Positions 40,881 through 50,602 of a stretch of DNA of 64,000 nt are shown here, in pieces; within the stretch, counting starts at the first letter, position 1; each line of letters begins with the position of its first letter. Under the pieces are notes generated by a model that searched no databases, was not told the origin of the DNA, and was given only the letters and a program-made list of their open reading frames with translations. A program made the position numbers and the translations under genes. The DNA is from an uncultured Candidatus Saccharimonas sp. (lineage in GTDB: Bacteria; Patescibacteriota; Saccharimonadia; Saccharimonadales; AQU-01): NCBI GenBank assembly GCA_943358095.1, contig CALRGT010000001.1:82842-146841 (forward strand). Reading direction: 5' to 3'.

Positions 40881-40935
40881 TAAATTATGTCTTCGGTCTC
40901 TAGACTCTTTGCGCCATACTCTGTACTCTTAAGTC

Positions 40936-41574
40936 ATGGCATTATTTCAGAGAAAACCTATCGTAACCAGCGGGGCTCCGCTATACACACTTGGACTACA
41001 AAAAACTATAGTAATTATAGGCTTGGGTAATCCGGGCAAACAATACGACGGCACAAGACACAACATTGGCTTTAATGCCTTAGATCATTTAGCAAATAAA
41101 CTCGACTTTCCAGATTGGATCGAGAAAAAGGACCTTAAAGCGATAACCACCAGTCAGGTAATTGCCGACACTAGAGTTATATTAATTAAACCTACTACAT
41201 TTATGAATTTAAGCGGGGATGCAATTCAAGTAGTTTCACATTTTTATAAAATTGCATCGGATAAATTTATAGTAGTTTATGACGAGCTGGACATACCTTT
41301 TGGGCAAATAAGAGTTCGAATTGGCGGCTCTGCAGCAGGCCACAACGGCGTTCAGTCAATTATAAATACGCTAGGCGACGGTTTTGGAAGAATTCGCATT
41401 GGTATTCGTAACGAAATAGCCGAAAAGGCCGATAGTGCTAATTTTGTCCTTGGTAAATTTAGCTCCGAAGAGAAAGATCAACTCCCAAACCTACTTCTAG
41501 AAACTAACGCCGTACTTAGCGAAATCATCCATGGCCAACCACTAAACCCCGAAACCCGCACCTTCTTAGTTTGA
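40936..41574 (+). CDS. pth: Peptidyl-tRNA hydrolase
   Basis: GLGNPG..Y..TRHNIGF, KPTTFMNLSG, GHNG. Confidence 0.96.
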   Translation: MALFQRKPIVTSGAPLYTLGLQKTIVIIGLGNPGKQYDGTRHNIGFNALDHLANKLDFPDWIEKKDLKAITTSQVIADTRVILIKPTTFMNLSGDAIQVVSHFYKIASDKFIVVYDELDIPFGQIRVRIGGSAAGHNGVQSIINTLGDGFGRIRIGIRNEIAEKADSANFVLGKFSSEEKDQLPNLLLETNAVLSEIIHGQPLNPETRTFLV

Positions 41575-41611
41575 CTGAATCGACCACCGACTAGGCGTAT
41601 TTCAAGCTTGA

Positions 41612-41700
41612 GCTAGTTTGGTTATCTCTACGCGGAGCGCAAGCTAGCTGTACTTTATAGTACAGCGGCGCGCACCGTAAGTAGAGAGAACCGAAATAGC
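41612..41700. repeat. ~90-bp imperfect palindrome (REP-like)
   Basis: GCTAGTTTGGTTATCTCTAC...GCTGTAC-TTTATA-GTACAGC...GTAGAGAGAACCGAAATAGC. Confidence 0.7.
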
Positions 41701-41739
41701 CAAGAGGCTAACTTGTTAGCCGCCGTGAAGTGCGCCAAC

Positions 41740-41782
41740 AAATAAAAGAGCCTCTAGAGGGGGTGGGCACCGCTAGAGGCTC
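41740..41782 (-). terminator. Rho-independent terminator of the candidate ncRNA
   Basis: GAGCCTCTAG/CTAGAGGCTC 10-bp stem followed by TTTTATTT on the minus strand. Confidence 0.75.
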
Positions 41783-42306
41783 ATTACAGGGGACGTATAC
41801 AACGAAGGGACAGCTGTCCACCAACAGCTCCCACCAGAGTACCTCCCCGATGGATCTTATTGAGGCATGAGAACATTTTTCCGTAAGCGAAGATTTTTGT
41901 GGCCAGATTAGATTATAAATTGTGAGGCATATCGACAGATATGTTGAGCAATTTTAATTTGATATGGACCAGAAATAGCGCTTTCGGGAAATGGAATCAT
42001 GTCCCAATAAGATCCTGTATACACCCTTCAACCCACCCGAGCGAAACATCATTGTCTAGATAGTCAATACGGACATGTGTCTTCCCGCCGAGGCGGGGAA
42101 TCTTTGGGACTCGCTTTGATTCGGGGACACAATCTGTCGAAACAGACGGTGTCACTAGTTAAAGGGATTAGTTTGTTTTAGAACGTGTCACTCCCGAAGG
42201 AGCAGACGAACATATAAGTGGAGGGTAACAACTTAGATATTGTCGTTCTAAAACAATCTAACAATTTGTTAGAAGGTGCTTAAGCATAGGAATACTATAC
42301 TTACAA
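41740..42306 (-). ncRNA. Candidate large structured non-coding RNA (~565 nt), family unknown
   Basis: No ORF in track; promoter upstream, terminator downstream, UUCG-loop hairpins and long-range complementarities on the minus strand. Confidence 0.6.
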
Positions 42307-42312
42307 GTTGCT

Positions 42313-42341
42313 ATACTATCAAATAAGTGTCTATGTGTCAA
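42313..42341 (-). promoter_or_regulatory. Sigma70-type promoter
   Basis: Minus strand TTGACA-17 nt-TAGTAT. Confidence 0.8.
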
Positions 42342-42429
42342 TACTTTTTCATACATTTGTCATTATTCCAAATATGCATCTTTACTATATAATTTCACTG
42401 TAAAAGGCGCTGTAAAAGGAGGAATTGGA

Positions 42430-43290
42430 ATGATAATAAATACCTGTCTACTTGCTGACGATAATTATCCAAATCTACTAAAACAAATACCTGACGCACC
42501 AAAACAGTTTTACTGGACTGGTGGCGACCTAAGTAGCCTTTGCAATCAACCTTGCGTTGCGATAGTAGGCAGTCGCAAGGTGACGCCGTACGGTCGTCTG
42601 GTAACAGCAACTCTGGCTAGCGAGCTTGCTCGACTTGGCGTAACCATAATTAGCGGGCTAGCAATTGGCGTGGACTCTATTGCACACAAGTCTGCATTAG
42701 ACGCCGGCGGCAAAACCATTGCTGTTCTGCCAAGAGGTCTAGATAAAATTTATCCGTCGTGCCATGCAAATCTTGCTAACAGAATTATAGATAGCGGTGG
42801 AGTCTTGATGACCGAATACCCACAAGGATCGGAACTTTATAATTTTCAATTTTTAGCACGCAACAGAATAATCGCTGGCCTTAGTTTGGGAGTAGTCGTA
42901 ACAGAAGCTGCCGAGAGAAGTGGCAGCCTTAACACTGCTAATTTTGCTCTTGAGCAAGGCAGGGAGGTGCTGGCTGTGCCTGGGAATATTACCAGTCCTT
43001 TGTCTAAGGGTACAAATAATCTAATTAAAATTGGAGCAACGCCAATCGACAATGCTCAGGATATTATAGACAATCTAAATCTATCCTTCGATCTATTGAA
43101 AGTAAACCCGGCGGATAATCTAAATGATCTGGAGATAATATTAGTTTCACTTATTGGGGAGGGAATAGCTGATTCGGAGGCACTGTTTGCTCGCAGCGGG
43201 TTAGACACGTCTCAGTTCAGCCAAACATTAACGCTACTAGAATTAAACGGTAGAATTAAAAATATAGGCAATAACAATTGGTCACTCTAA
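42430..43290 (+). CDS. dprA: DNA-processing protein DprA
   Basis: VAIVGSR, IISGLA.GVD..AH, F..RNRIIAGLS, VTEA..RSGSL.TA. Confidence 0.96.
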   Translation: MIINTCLLADDNYPNLLKQIPDAPKQFYWTGGDLSSLCNQPCVAIVGSRKVTPYGRLVTATLASELARLGVTIISGLAIGVDSIAHKSALDAGGKTIAVLPRGLDKIYPSCHANLANRIIDSGGVLMTEYPQGSELYNFQFLARNRIIAGLSLGVVVTEAAERSGSLNTANFALEQGREVLAVPGNITSPLSKGTNNLIKIGATPIDNAQDIIDNLNLSFDLLKVNPADNLNDLEIILVSLIGEGIADSEALFARSGLDTSQFSQTLTLLELNGRIKNIGNNNWSL

Positions 43291-43315
43291 TTATAAGTCC
43301 GCTATACTTAATAGT

Positions 43316-43486
43316 ATGGAAACTAAATCTCTAGTCTGGATAGGACTGACCATTGGTTCGATAGTTGGCAGTGGACTTGGCAGCCTATTGGACAGTGGTA
43401 ATTATTTTGGAGTCTGGGGCATAGTCCTAGGTGCTCTTGGAGGCATAGCTGGCATCTGGGCTGGCTACAAAATCGGCAACAACTAA
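43316..43486 (+). CDS. 56-aa glycine-zipper membrane protein missing from the ORF track
   Basis: METKSLVWIGLTIGSIVGSGLGSLL...LGALGGIAGIWAGYKIGNN read by eye. Confidence 0.75.
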   Translation: METKSLVWIGLTIGSIVGSGLGSLLDSGNYFGVWGIVLGALGGIAGIWAGYKIGNN

Positions 43487-43609
43487 GCTATTAGCTCAAA
43501 TTTTAAATAGTTTGCAATTATATTAATAATCACGTAACCTTGCAGGTTGTTGGTGAAGTCAAAATAAAAGACCCAACTGTTAAAGCGTTTAAGGTATACT
43601 AGAACATAC

Positions 43610-45907
43610 ATGGCAAAAAACTTAGTAATCGTAGAGTCACCGGCTAAAGCCAAAACTATCGAAAAATTCCTCGGTAAAGATTATGTCGTCCGAAGTAGCT
43701 TCGGTCATATTCGTGATTTACCAAAAAAAGGCCTTAACATCGACAAAGACAACAACTTTGCACCTACATACGAGGTCAGCGCCGATAAGAAAAAAGTGGT
43801 CGCAGAGCTCAAAAAATTGGCGGCTGGAGCAGACGTCTGGCTCGCATCAGACGAAGACCGTGAAGGTGAGGCGATTGCTTGGCATTTAACTCAAGCCCTC
43901 AAACTTGACCCTAAAAAAACTAAACGAATAGTCTTTCATGAAATCACAAAACCAGCTATTGAAGAGGCCATAAAGAACCCTAGAACGGTTGATATAAATC
44001 TTGTAGACGCACAACAAGCACGGCGCATTCTCGATCGCTTAGTTGGATACGAATTATCACCAGTACTATGGAAGAAAGTCCGCGCCGGATTATCAGCCGG
44101 AAGAGTCCAGTCTGTTTCTGTAAGACTAATCGTAGAGCGTGAGCGTGAAATACGAGAGTTTACAGCCGTCAGCTCATTTAAAGTTACTGCGATATTTAAC
44201 GTTGACGGCGAAGAATTAAAGGCCGAACTAGATACTAAATTTAAAAGCATTGAAGAGGCGCAATCATTCTTGCAGTCATGTATTGATGCCACATTCACGG
44301 TTTCAGCAGTAGACAAAAAACCTGGCTTTAGGTCACCAAGCGCACCATTTACGACAAGTAGCTTACAGCAAGAGGCAGCTCGTCGATTAGGTTATGGCGT
44401 GAAGCAAACAATGATCTTGGCGCAGAAACTATATGAAAACGGTCACATAACCTATATGCGTACCGATAGCACTATCCTATCGACAATAGCCGTTGATGCA
44501 GCCAAGAATTACATAACATCCAATTTTGGCGAAAACTACAGCAAACTTCAGCAATACAAAACCAAAAACTCTAGTGCACAAGAAGCTCACGAAGCAATTA
44601 GACCTACTAATTTCAACGCATTAGAAGCAGGTGATGATGGTCAGCAAGAAAGATTATACAAACTCATCTGGCAACGAACACTTGCTAGCCAAATGGCTCA
44701 AGCCAAAACAGATAAGACAGAGATTAAAATATCTGCTTCACCTAAATTTAAGAACTTATTTTTAGCTAAAGGCGAAATCTTAACATTTGATGGATTCTTA
44801 AAGGTTTATGGTGGAGGCAAAGACGATACACTATTGCCAAATGTCAGCAATGGACAACAGCTTGAGCGACAACAAATTCTGGCAACCGAGACATTTAGCC
44901 GAGCAGGCGCCAGATACTCTGAAGCAAGTCTTGTAAAGAAGCTAGAAGAACTAGGCATTGGCCGACCAAGTACCTACGCACCAACTATTAGCACCATCCA
45001 GGCCAGGGAATATGTCACCAAGTCAGACCTAGAAGGTGATGAGAGAGAAATTCGTGAATTAGTATTAGAAAAATCTACAGTCGAACAAAGATCATCAACT
45101 GTAATTACAGGCGCAGACAAGAATAAACTAATCCCGACACATCTAGCAGAAGTCGTGACTGACTTCTTGGTGAAATATTTTGGAAGTGTGCTCGACTACG
45201 ACTTCACCGCCAAGGTTGAAGCCGGTTTTGACCTTGTAGCCGAGGGCAAACAAGAATGGCCAAAAATGATCGGTGACTTCTACAAGAACTTCCACCCATT
45301 AGTAGTTGAGTCAGAGGGCGCCAGCAGAAAAGAAACCTCACAAGCTAGACTACTCGGCGAAGACCCTAAGTCAAAACGTCCAATGTACGCGCGTTTTGGA
45401 AGATACGGAGCCATGCTGCAAATCGGTGAAGTAGAAGACGAAGTTAAGCCAGTATTTGCGCCTATGCCAGCAGGAACAGCTATTGAGAGCGTGACATTCG
45501 AGCAAGCACTAGAAATGTTTAAGTTACCACGAACTGTCGGCCTCACCGACGACGGCCAAGAAATGAAGGCTAATATTGGCCGTTTTGGACCTTATGTCGT
45601 AGTTGGCAAAACATTTGTTTCTATCAAACCACTCGACCCTATGACCATTACTCTTGTTGAGGCCAAGGCTTTATATGCTGCAAAATTAGAAAAAGACGCC
45701 AATAAATATATAGCTGAATTTGCTAGTGGCATAAAAATAGTTAACGGGCCCTACGGACCATTTGTTACTGACGGCAAGAAGAACGCCAAGATTGATAAAG
45801 AAACAGACCCTAAGGGCATCACTGAAGCTGTAGCAAAAGAAATGCTAGCTGCTGCACCTGCTAAAGGCAAGGGCAGACGCTTTACAAAACGCAAAGCCAA
45901 GAAATAG
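43610..45907 (+). CDS. topA: DNA topoisomerase I
   Basis: LVIVESPAKAKTI, DEDREGEAI, SAGRVQS, ITYMRTDS, GIGRPSTYA; C-terminal GRFGPY repeats. Confidence 0.98.
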   Translation: MAKNLVIVESPAKAKTIEKFLGKDYVVRSSFGHIRDLPKKGLNIDKDNNFAPTYEVSADKKKVVAELKKLAAGADVWLASDEDREGEAIAWHLTQALKLDPKKTKRIVFHEITKPAIEEAIKNPRTVDINLVDAQQARRILDRLVGYELSPVLWKKVRAGLSAGRVQSVSVRLIVEREREIREFTAVSSFKVTAIFNVDGEELKAELDTKFKSIEEAQSFLQSCIDATFTVSAVDKKPGFRSPSAPFTTSSLQQEAARRLGYGVKQTMILAQKLYENGHITYMRTDSTILSTIAVDAAKNYITSNFGENYSKLQQYKTKNSSAQEAHEAIRPTNFNALEAGDDGQQERLYKLIWQRTLASQMAQAKTDKTEIKISASPKFKNLFLAKGEILTFDGFLKVYGGGKDDTLLPNVSNGQQLERQQILATETFSRAGARYSEASLVKKLEELGIGRPSTYAPTISTIQAREYVTKSDLEGDEREIRELVLEKSTVEQRSSTVITGADKNKLIPTHLAEVVTDFLVKYFGSVLDYDFTAKVEAGFDLVAEGKQEWPKMIGDFYKNFHPLVVESEGASRKETSQARLLGEDPKSKRPMYARFGRYGAMLQIGEVEDEVKPVFAPMPAGTAIESVTFEQALEMFKLPRTVGLTDDGQEMKANIGRFGPYVVVGKTFVSIKPLDPMTITLVEAKALYAAKLEKDANKYIAEFASGIKIVNGPYGPFVTDGKKNAKIDKETDPKGITEAVAKEMLAAAPAKGKGRRFTKRKAKK

Positions 45908-45983
45908 TTTCTCGCTCATTAAGCATCAACGCACTCTTATATATTAGCTAGCGGTAGAATATTACTAGTATTATTCAAGTAAT

Positions 45984-46595
45984 ATGGTAGAATATACGCT
46001 TATGAGTACCGGTGAGACCAACTTCGATTATGAATTATCCTTGCCAGAACAGAGGAACCTTCTTAGACATATGGCGAAAATCGCTATTGATTTATTAGGC
46101 GAGCCAAACCCCGAGTCTGCTCGTGATATCAAGGAGCGACGCCTAAGGGATGGTCAATTTGCCAGAATGACAAGAACCATAATCGAGGTTGATGATAATC
46201 CAGTTGGCATTCATAACGAAATGGATATTTTCGTTCCTGAGAGATTAGTTTATAAAGCTAGTGGTGAGGATGAAGAAGAGTTTTCCCCTGGTTATATGGA
46301 TGAGTCTGACGACGAAAGCACAGAAGATACCTTGAGATACGAAGGCCGCAGTTATACATTATCTACCGACCATTTTAGAAACACCATTTTTAAATCAGAG
46401 GGTATAGGCCAATTATGCGTTAATGCTTTTGGCGACTCTAGAATAGAAATATCAGAATATTATCAAAGCAGAGTAGATGTGGATTTCTCGCAATTAAGCG
46501 AAATCGATGAAATGGTATCTCCGTCATCTAAACCATTTGCTAGTGATTATTTAAGAGTTATCGATGCAACCAAGCTTTTAAGAGGAACTAAGTAG
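45984..46595 (+). CDS. Hypothetical acidic protein
   Basis: ORF only. Confidence 0.55.
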   Translation: MVEYTLMSTGETNFDYELSLPEQRNLLRHMAKIAIDLLGEPNPESARDIKERRLRDGQFARMTRTIIEVDDNPVGIHNEMDIFVPERLVYKASGEDEEEFSPGYMDESDDESTEDTLRYEGRSYTLSTDHFRNTIFKSEGIGQLCVNAFGDSRIEISEYYQSRVDVDFSQLSEIDEMVSPSSKPFASDYLRVIDATKLLRGTK

Positions 46596-46600
46596 ATAAT

Positions 46601-47125
46601 ATGGAAAATATGCCAGAAGATAATTACAGAAGCAACCACAGGCGCTTAATAAACGAGTGTGAAATAGCTATGAAAAAAGAGAAGATGAGCGGTCGCACAA
46701 CTAACCAATATACTACTAGTGATAGCGAGGAAGCGTGCTTTAGATTGGCTGACGACTTTGAGAGACTGCATCAACTACACAGTCAAACAAATGTACTTGA
46801 TGAGCTTGAGGGATTTGAAACTTCTGTGAAGCCTGACAATGATTTAATCCTAGAAAGCCCTTCAATAAATGTTGAATTTGATGACGTGATTTACGGCTTA
46901 GACATGCTAGGACCGGTAAAAGTGCAGTATTTAACTATCACGCCAGACGAAAACCCTACAAGATATAGCACTGAAGATGAGGAAGATACCTATGCCGGAC
47001 CACACCTGATCTTCACTTTCGAAATGCCAGAGAACAGCCACCTTGAATCGGCGATTTACCTTGGCTCAATCGCATTAAATACCGCCGTAGTATCCAATCA
47101 GCATAAGCCACGAATGATGAATTAG
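46601..47125 (+). CDS. Hypothetical acidic protein
   Basis: ORF only. Confidence 0.55.
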   Translation: MENMPEDNYRSNHRRLINECEIAMKKEKMSGRTTNQYTTSDSEEACFRLADDFERLHQLHSQTNVLDELEGFETSVKPDNDLILESPSINVEFDDVIYGLDMLGPVKVQYLTITPDENPTRYSTEDEEDTYAGPHLIFTFEMPENSHLESAIYLGSIALNTAVVSNQHKPRMMN

Positions 47126-47338
47126 ACGTGGCTCTTGTAGGGCTAATCGTCATAATTATTTAGATTTTTGGGCATTTATCCACTAATTGCACTCTGAGCA
47201 AGAAGATTTCGTTGTGATATTAGGATACCATGTATTGAGCTTATGCATCCAATATGTGCTAGAATAAGTTCAGCAAACCCTATGTTTGACTTATAAAAAT
47301 TAAAGTGATATAATCTAGTTTAATACGCAGTTATTAAT

Positions 47339-48412
47339 GTGCTTATATCAGAGAAGGCGACGACTATGACAGACAAGACAGTGACTACTCAAACTTTAGA
47401 CATCGAAGCTATTATTAAAGACGTCCTAGCTACAATTGACCGAGAACGTGAGCGCGAGATTATAAGCCGCCGTTTTGGTCTATACGACCGCAAAGAAACC
47501 CTCGAACAGATAGGCGAGCTTCTTGGTATTACTAGAGAGCGCGTGCGTCAGCTAGAAAAGGCTGTTATGACTAAACTGCGTGCATCTGCTGAAAAAGATC
47601 TACCGCACATCAATCAAGTACAGGCTGAGTTTACCGAAGTACTATTATCAACAGGGAAGGTTGCTCGTATTAGCGAACTCGGCTCTCGCACAACAGATGA
47701 GAACAATCGCCTAGACCAAGCTCGTGTATCCTTCTTGGCACAACTTAGTCCTAAATTAGCAGTTATCGACGACAATGACCACTTCTTCTTGGCAGTAGGG
47801 CAGAAGAGCGAGCACGACGAGAAGTCAATCCGTAACCAAGTAGATAAAATTATCACAGCAATCAAAACAATCGGAGAACCGATAACTATTGATGTAATTG
47901 CCGATAAAGTTAGCGACAAGGATGTTAAGCACGTGCAGGCATTAGCTAGCATATCTAAAGACATAGCTACACTAAACAACCGTTGGGGACTTATCAAATG
48001 GCCAATGGTCAATCCAAAGAACATTCGCGACAAAATATATGTTATTTTGCACGAACATGGCAAACCACTCCACTTTAATGAAATCTCAAAGTCTATTAAA
48101 GATTCTAGCTTTAAGCGTAAAGATGTAACGACTCAGGCTATTCATAACGAGCTAATTAAAGACAAGCGCTTCGTACTAATCGGACGCGGCATATACGCTC
48201 TAAAAGAGTGGGGATACGACAAGGGTACAGTAGCTGATGTTATTGTTAAGGTTCTAAAAAAGGCCGGAGAACCACTTCACAGAGACGAAATCGTTAAGCG
48301 AGTTCTAAAAAGCCGCCACGTTAAAGAAACTACTATTCTGCTTAACCTACAAGGCAAGGCTCAGTTCAAGCGCGTTGCTAAAGCAACTTATACGATCGCC
48401 GACGCTAAGTAA
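47339..48412 (+). CDS. Sigma70 region-4-like HTH fused to winged-helix (RNAP delta/HARE-HTH-like) domains
   Basis: RRFGL...ETLEQIG..LGITRERVRQLE; GKPLHF.EI; IHNELIKDKRFVLIGRGIYALKEW. Confidence 0.85.
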   Translation: MLISEKATTMTDKTVTTQTLDIEAIIKDVLATIDREREREIISRRFGLYDRKETLEQIGELLGITRERVRQLEKAVMTKLRASAEKDLPHINQVQAEFTEVLLSTGKVARISELGSRTTDENNRLDQARVSFLAQLSPKLAVIDDNDHFFLAVGQKSEHDEKSIRNQVDKIITAIKTIGEPITIDVIADKVSDKDVKHVQALASISKDIATLNNRWGLIKWPMVNPKNIRDKIYVILHEHGKPLHFNEISKSIKDSSFKRKDVTTQAIHNELIKDKRFVLIGRGIYALKEWGYDKGTVADVIVKVLKKAGEPLHRDEIVKRVLKSRHVKETTILLNLQGKAQFKRVAKATYTIADAK

Positions 48413-48421
48413 CTAAATATC

Positions 48422-48976
48422 ATGTCAGAACTAGATCCAATTGAAAATCCTGACATATTAATACCAGACCGTGGTACTAGCTCATATATGGGCCTAGAGT
48501 ATGCTGACGGTGGAGAATTGCCAGTACCTGACAAATTACACCGCCTAGTTTTATGGGATGCTGTTAAGCTAAGTGAAAAGAATATTAAGAACTCTATAAA
48601 ACAGGGTGATTTAATAAAACATACATCCAGGTCGCTACGAAATGCCTACCCAGTGAATACTGATCACAACGTGATCGCCAAAAAATCATTGAGTGACTGC
48701 GTGATTGATGGACTAATAGATTACAATGAGTCAGACGATAAGATGTCTCCAGCTTACTACGATAATACATCTGGAAGCTATATTGGACCGTCTCGCGTAC
48801 AATCAAGAGAGTATAAAATAACACCTTTTGGACTATACATAGCTGCTGAAAGCGCTAGAAGAGTAGCAGTAGCCGAAGATACGCACGCTACTACTCGAAG
48901 ATCAGCATTGAACATACACAGAATAGCAGCCGGAAGACTCATTACCTCAGCCATGGAAGATCGATCCAACTCCTAA
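48422..48976 (+). CDS. Hypothetical protein
   Basis: ORF only. Confidence 0.55.
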   Translation: MSELDPIENPDILIPDRGTSSYMGLEYADGGELPVPDKLHRLVLWDAVKLSEKNIKNSIKQGDLIKHTSRSLRNAYPVNTDHNVIAKKSLSDCVIDGLIDYNESDDKMSPAYYDNTSGSYIGPSRVQSREYKITPFGLYIAAESARRVAVAEDTHATTRRSALNIHRIAAGRLITSAMEDRSNS

Positions 48977-49175
48977 ACCAGCTCAAAAATAAAACGTACA
49001 AAATACGAACATCAAATTAGTAGACGGCAGCAATAGATAAAGCGCCATAATATGTAAATACACGCATTCTTTGTACTAACAGGCAATATAGCAAAAATTA
49101 TAAAATTCGTCATGAATTAGAAGAAAACAAACAGAACAAAGGATCGATACATGGGTCAAAGGCAAGCTATGCACA

Positions 49176-49203
49176 ACGTCGCACAATGTATATTTTGCGA
49201 CTC
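49176..49203. other. dif-like Xer recombination site (probable replication terminus)
   Basis: ACGTCGCACAA-TGTATA-TTTTGCGACTC, 11-6-11 layout with the E. coli dif spacer, in a 720-bp gap between convergent gene blocks. Confidence 0.7.
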
Positions 49204-49696
49204 TAATATAGTATATAGACTTGATAACTCATACGTCCCTAACAGGGAAGTTTTGTGCATAGTACTGCCATAAAGGTATAGTTATGATTCTAAATATAAG
49301 TTAACGCCGTGTCAGCGCCTTACTAATACGTGCATCACACTCTGCCGTTGGGGGCCATTATAATTTTTACGACGTCTCAATAGTTTTCCACAACGTGTAT
49401 ATTTGACTTTTTATCACTTCCATATTGTGTTATATGTTTTTGCTATCTCCCCCACTATCTCGTGTTTTTTCAATTATTTGACATATTTCATTTTCGTTAT
49501 GTTAGTATAGTTTTTTACATTTTCCACTATTATTTGAAATGTGTACATTTTACGAACATCAAGGGGAGAGTGGGGCAAAATAGATACTTTTAGACTATGT
49601 ATATAATTGTAATACATGCTGCTAACTTCTTGTGAATGATTGCTTCAGACCCCCTGACCAAGCCCCTCCCCTGTATACAAAAGAAAATATATTCTA

Positions 49697-50602
49697 TTAA
49701 CGGTAGAATGCCCTGTCTTCTATTCTGACATCCACATATTCAGCGGGTGTAGCACCGTCTTTGGCTAAACGCTTAGAGAGGGCTAGGAATGCGCCTGCCG
49801 AAGTTTTTGGGTCGTTCTGCATATCAAACTTTATATAGTAATTAAAGCCTTTTAGCTTTATCTGAACCTGGTTAATTATTGGGGGTAAGGTCACAGAAGA
49901 TACCTGCTTTTTATTTAGGTTCAACTGAGTAACCAAAACTGAGATAAAATCAACCTGTTGACTGGTGAGCACGCCTTTGCCGATCTCAACAGTCAGACTA
50001 CTTTCGTCGTTAACAATAGGCAGCTTAATGTTATCAAAACCAGTGATGCTTGAAGCTCTGGCCATGACTACGCCATTAGCATCCAGCACATACACTCCTT
50101 GCTGACTCGTCAATGCCATTGCAGGCTGTTTAGCGACAATACTTATCACAGGTTGATTACCAAATATAGGCAGATTAACAGAAACTTGGCCTAATTCAGG
50201 AAATTCAGCCATTATTTCGTTTTCAATATTCACAGTATTTATAGTTATCCTATCTCTGTTAAATATAGACCCTCCTAATATTCTCTCGGCAGACTTCTGA
50301 TAATCAGCTTTGTTTCTATAGAAAGAAAAATCACTTGTACCGTTAACGGATATTAGTTTTGGGGTTGTACTAAGAATGCTTAAATAGCCGACGGTCACTA
50401 AGATAATTAAGGCTATCACTTTTAGTGGCAATTTTCTGAGTAAAGGATACTTTTTCGATACTATACTTCTTGCAGGGTTGCGTACGGCCTGGGCATCTCG
50501 ACCGCCTAGCCGAGACGAATGAAAAGGTACATTACTGCTTGTTGTAACTTTTACTAATGGTGACCTTTCCCTGCCCACATGACGCTTCGATCTAAATTTC
50601 AT
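49697..50602 (-). CDS. ftsQ: FtsQ/DivIB-like cell division protein
   Basis: Single TM, C-terminal EYVDVR; last gene of the dcw cluster. Confidence 0.7.
   Translation of the reverse strand: MKFRSKRHVGRERSPLVKVTTSSNVPFHSSRLGGRDAQAVRNPARSIVSKKYPLLRKLPLKVIALIILVTVGYLSILSTTPKLISVNGTSDFSFYRNKADYQKSAERILGGSIFNRDRITINTVNIENEIMAEFPELGQVSVNLPIFGNQPVISIVAKQPAMALTSQQGVYVLDANGVVMARASSITGFDNIKLPIVNDESSLTVEIGKGVLTSQQVDFISVLVTQLNLNKKQVSSVTLPPIINQVQIKLKGFNYYIKFDMQNDPKTSAGAFLALSKRLAKDGATPAEYVDVRIEDRAFYR

Noticed and set aside
41740..42306. RNase P, tmRNA or SRP identity for the structured region
   Set aside because: No GAGGAAAGUCC motif, no tRNA-like ends, no SRP helix-8 motif seen; a covariance search is still needed
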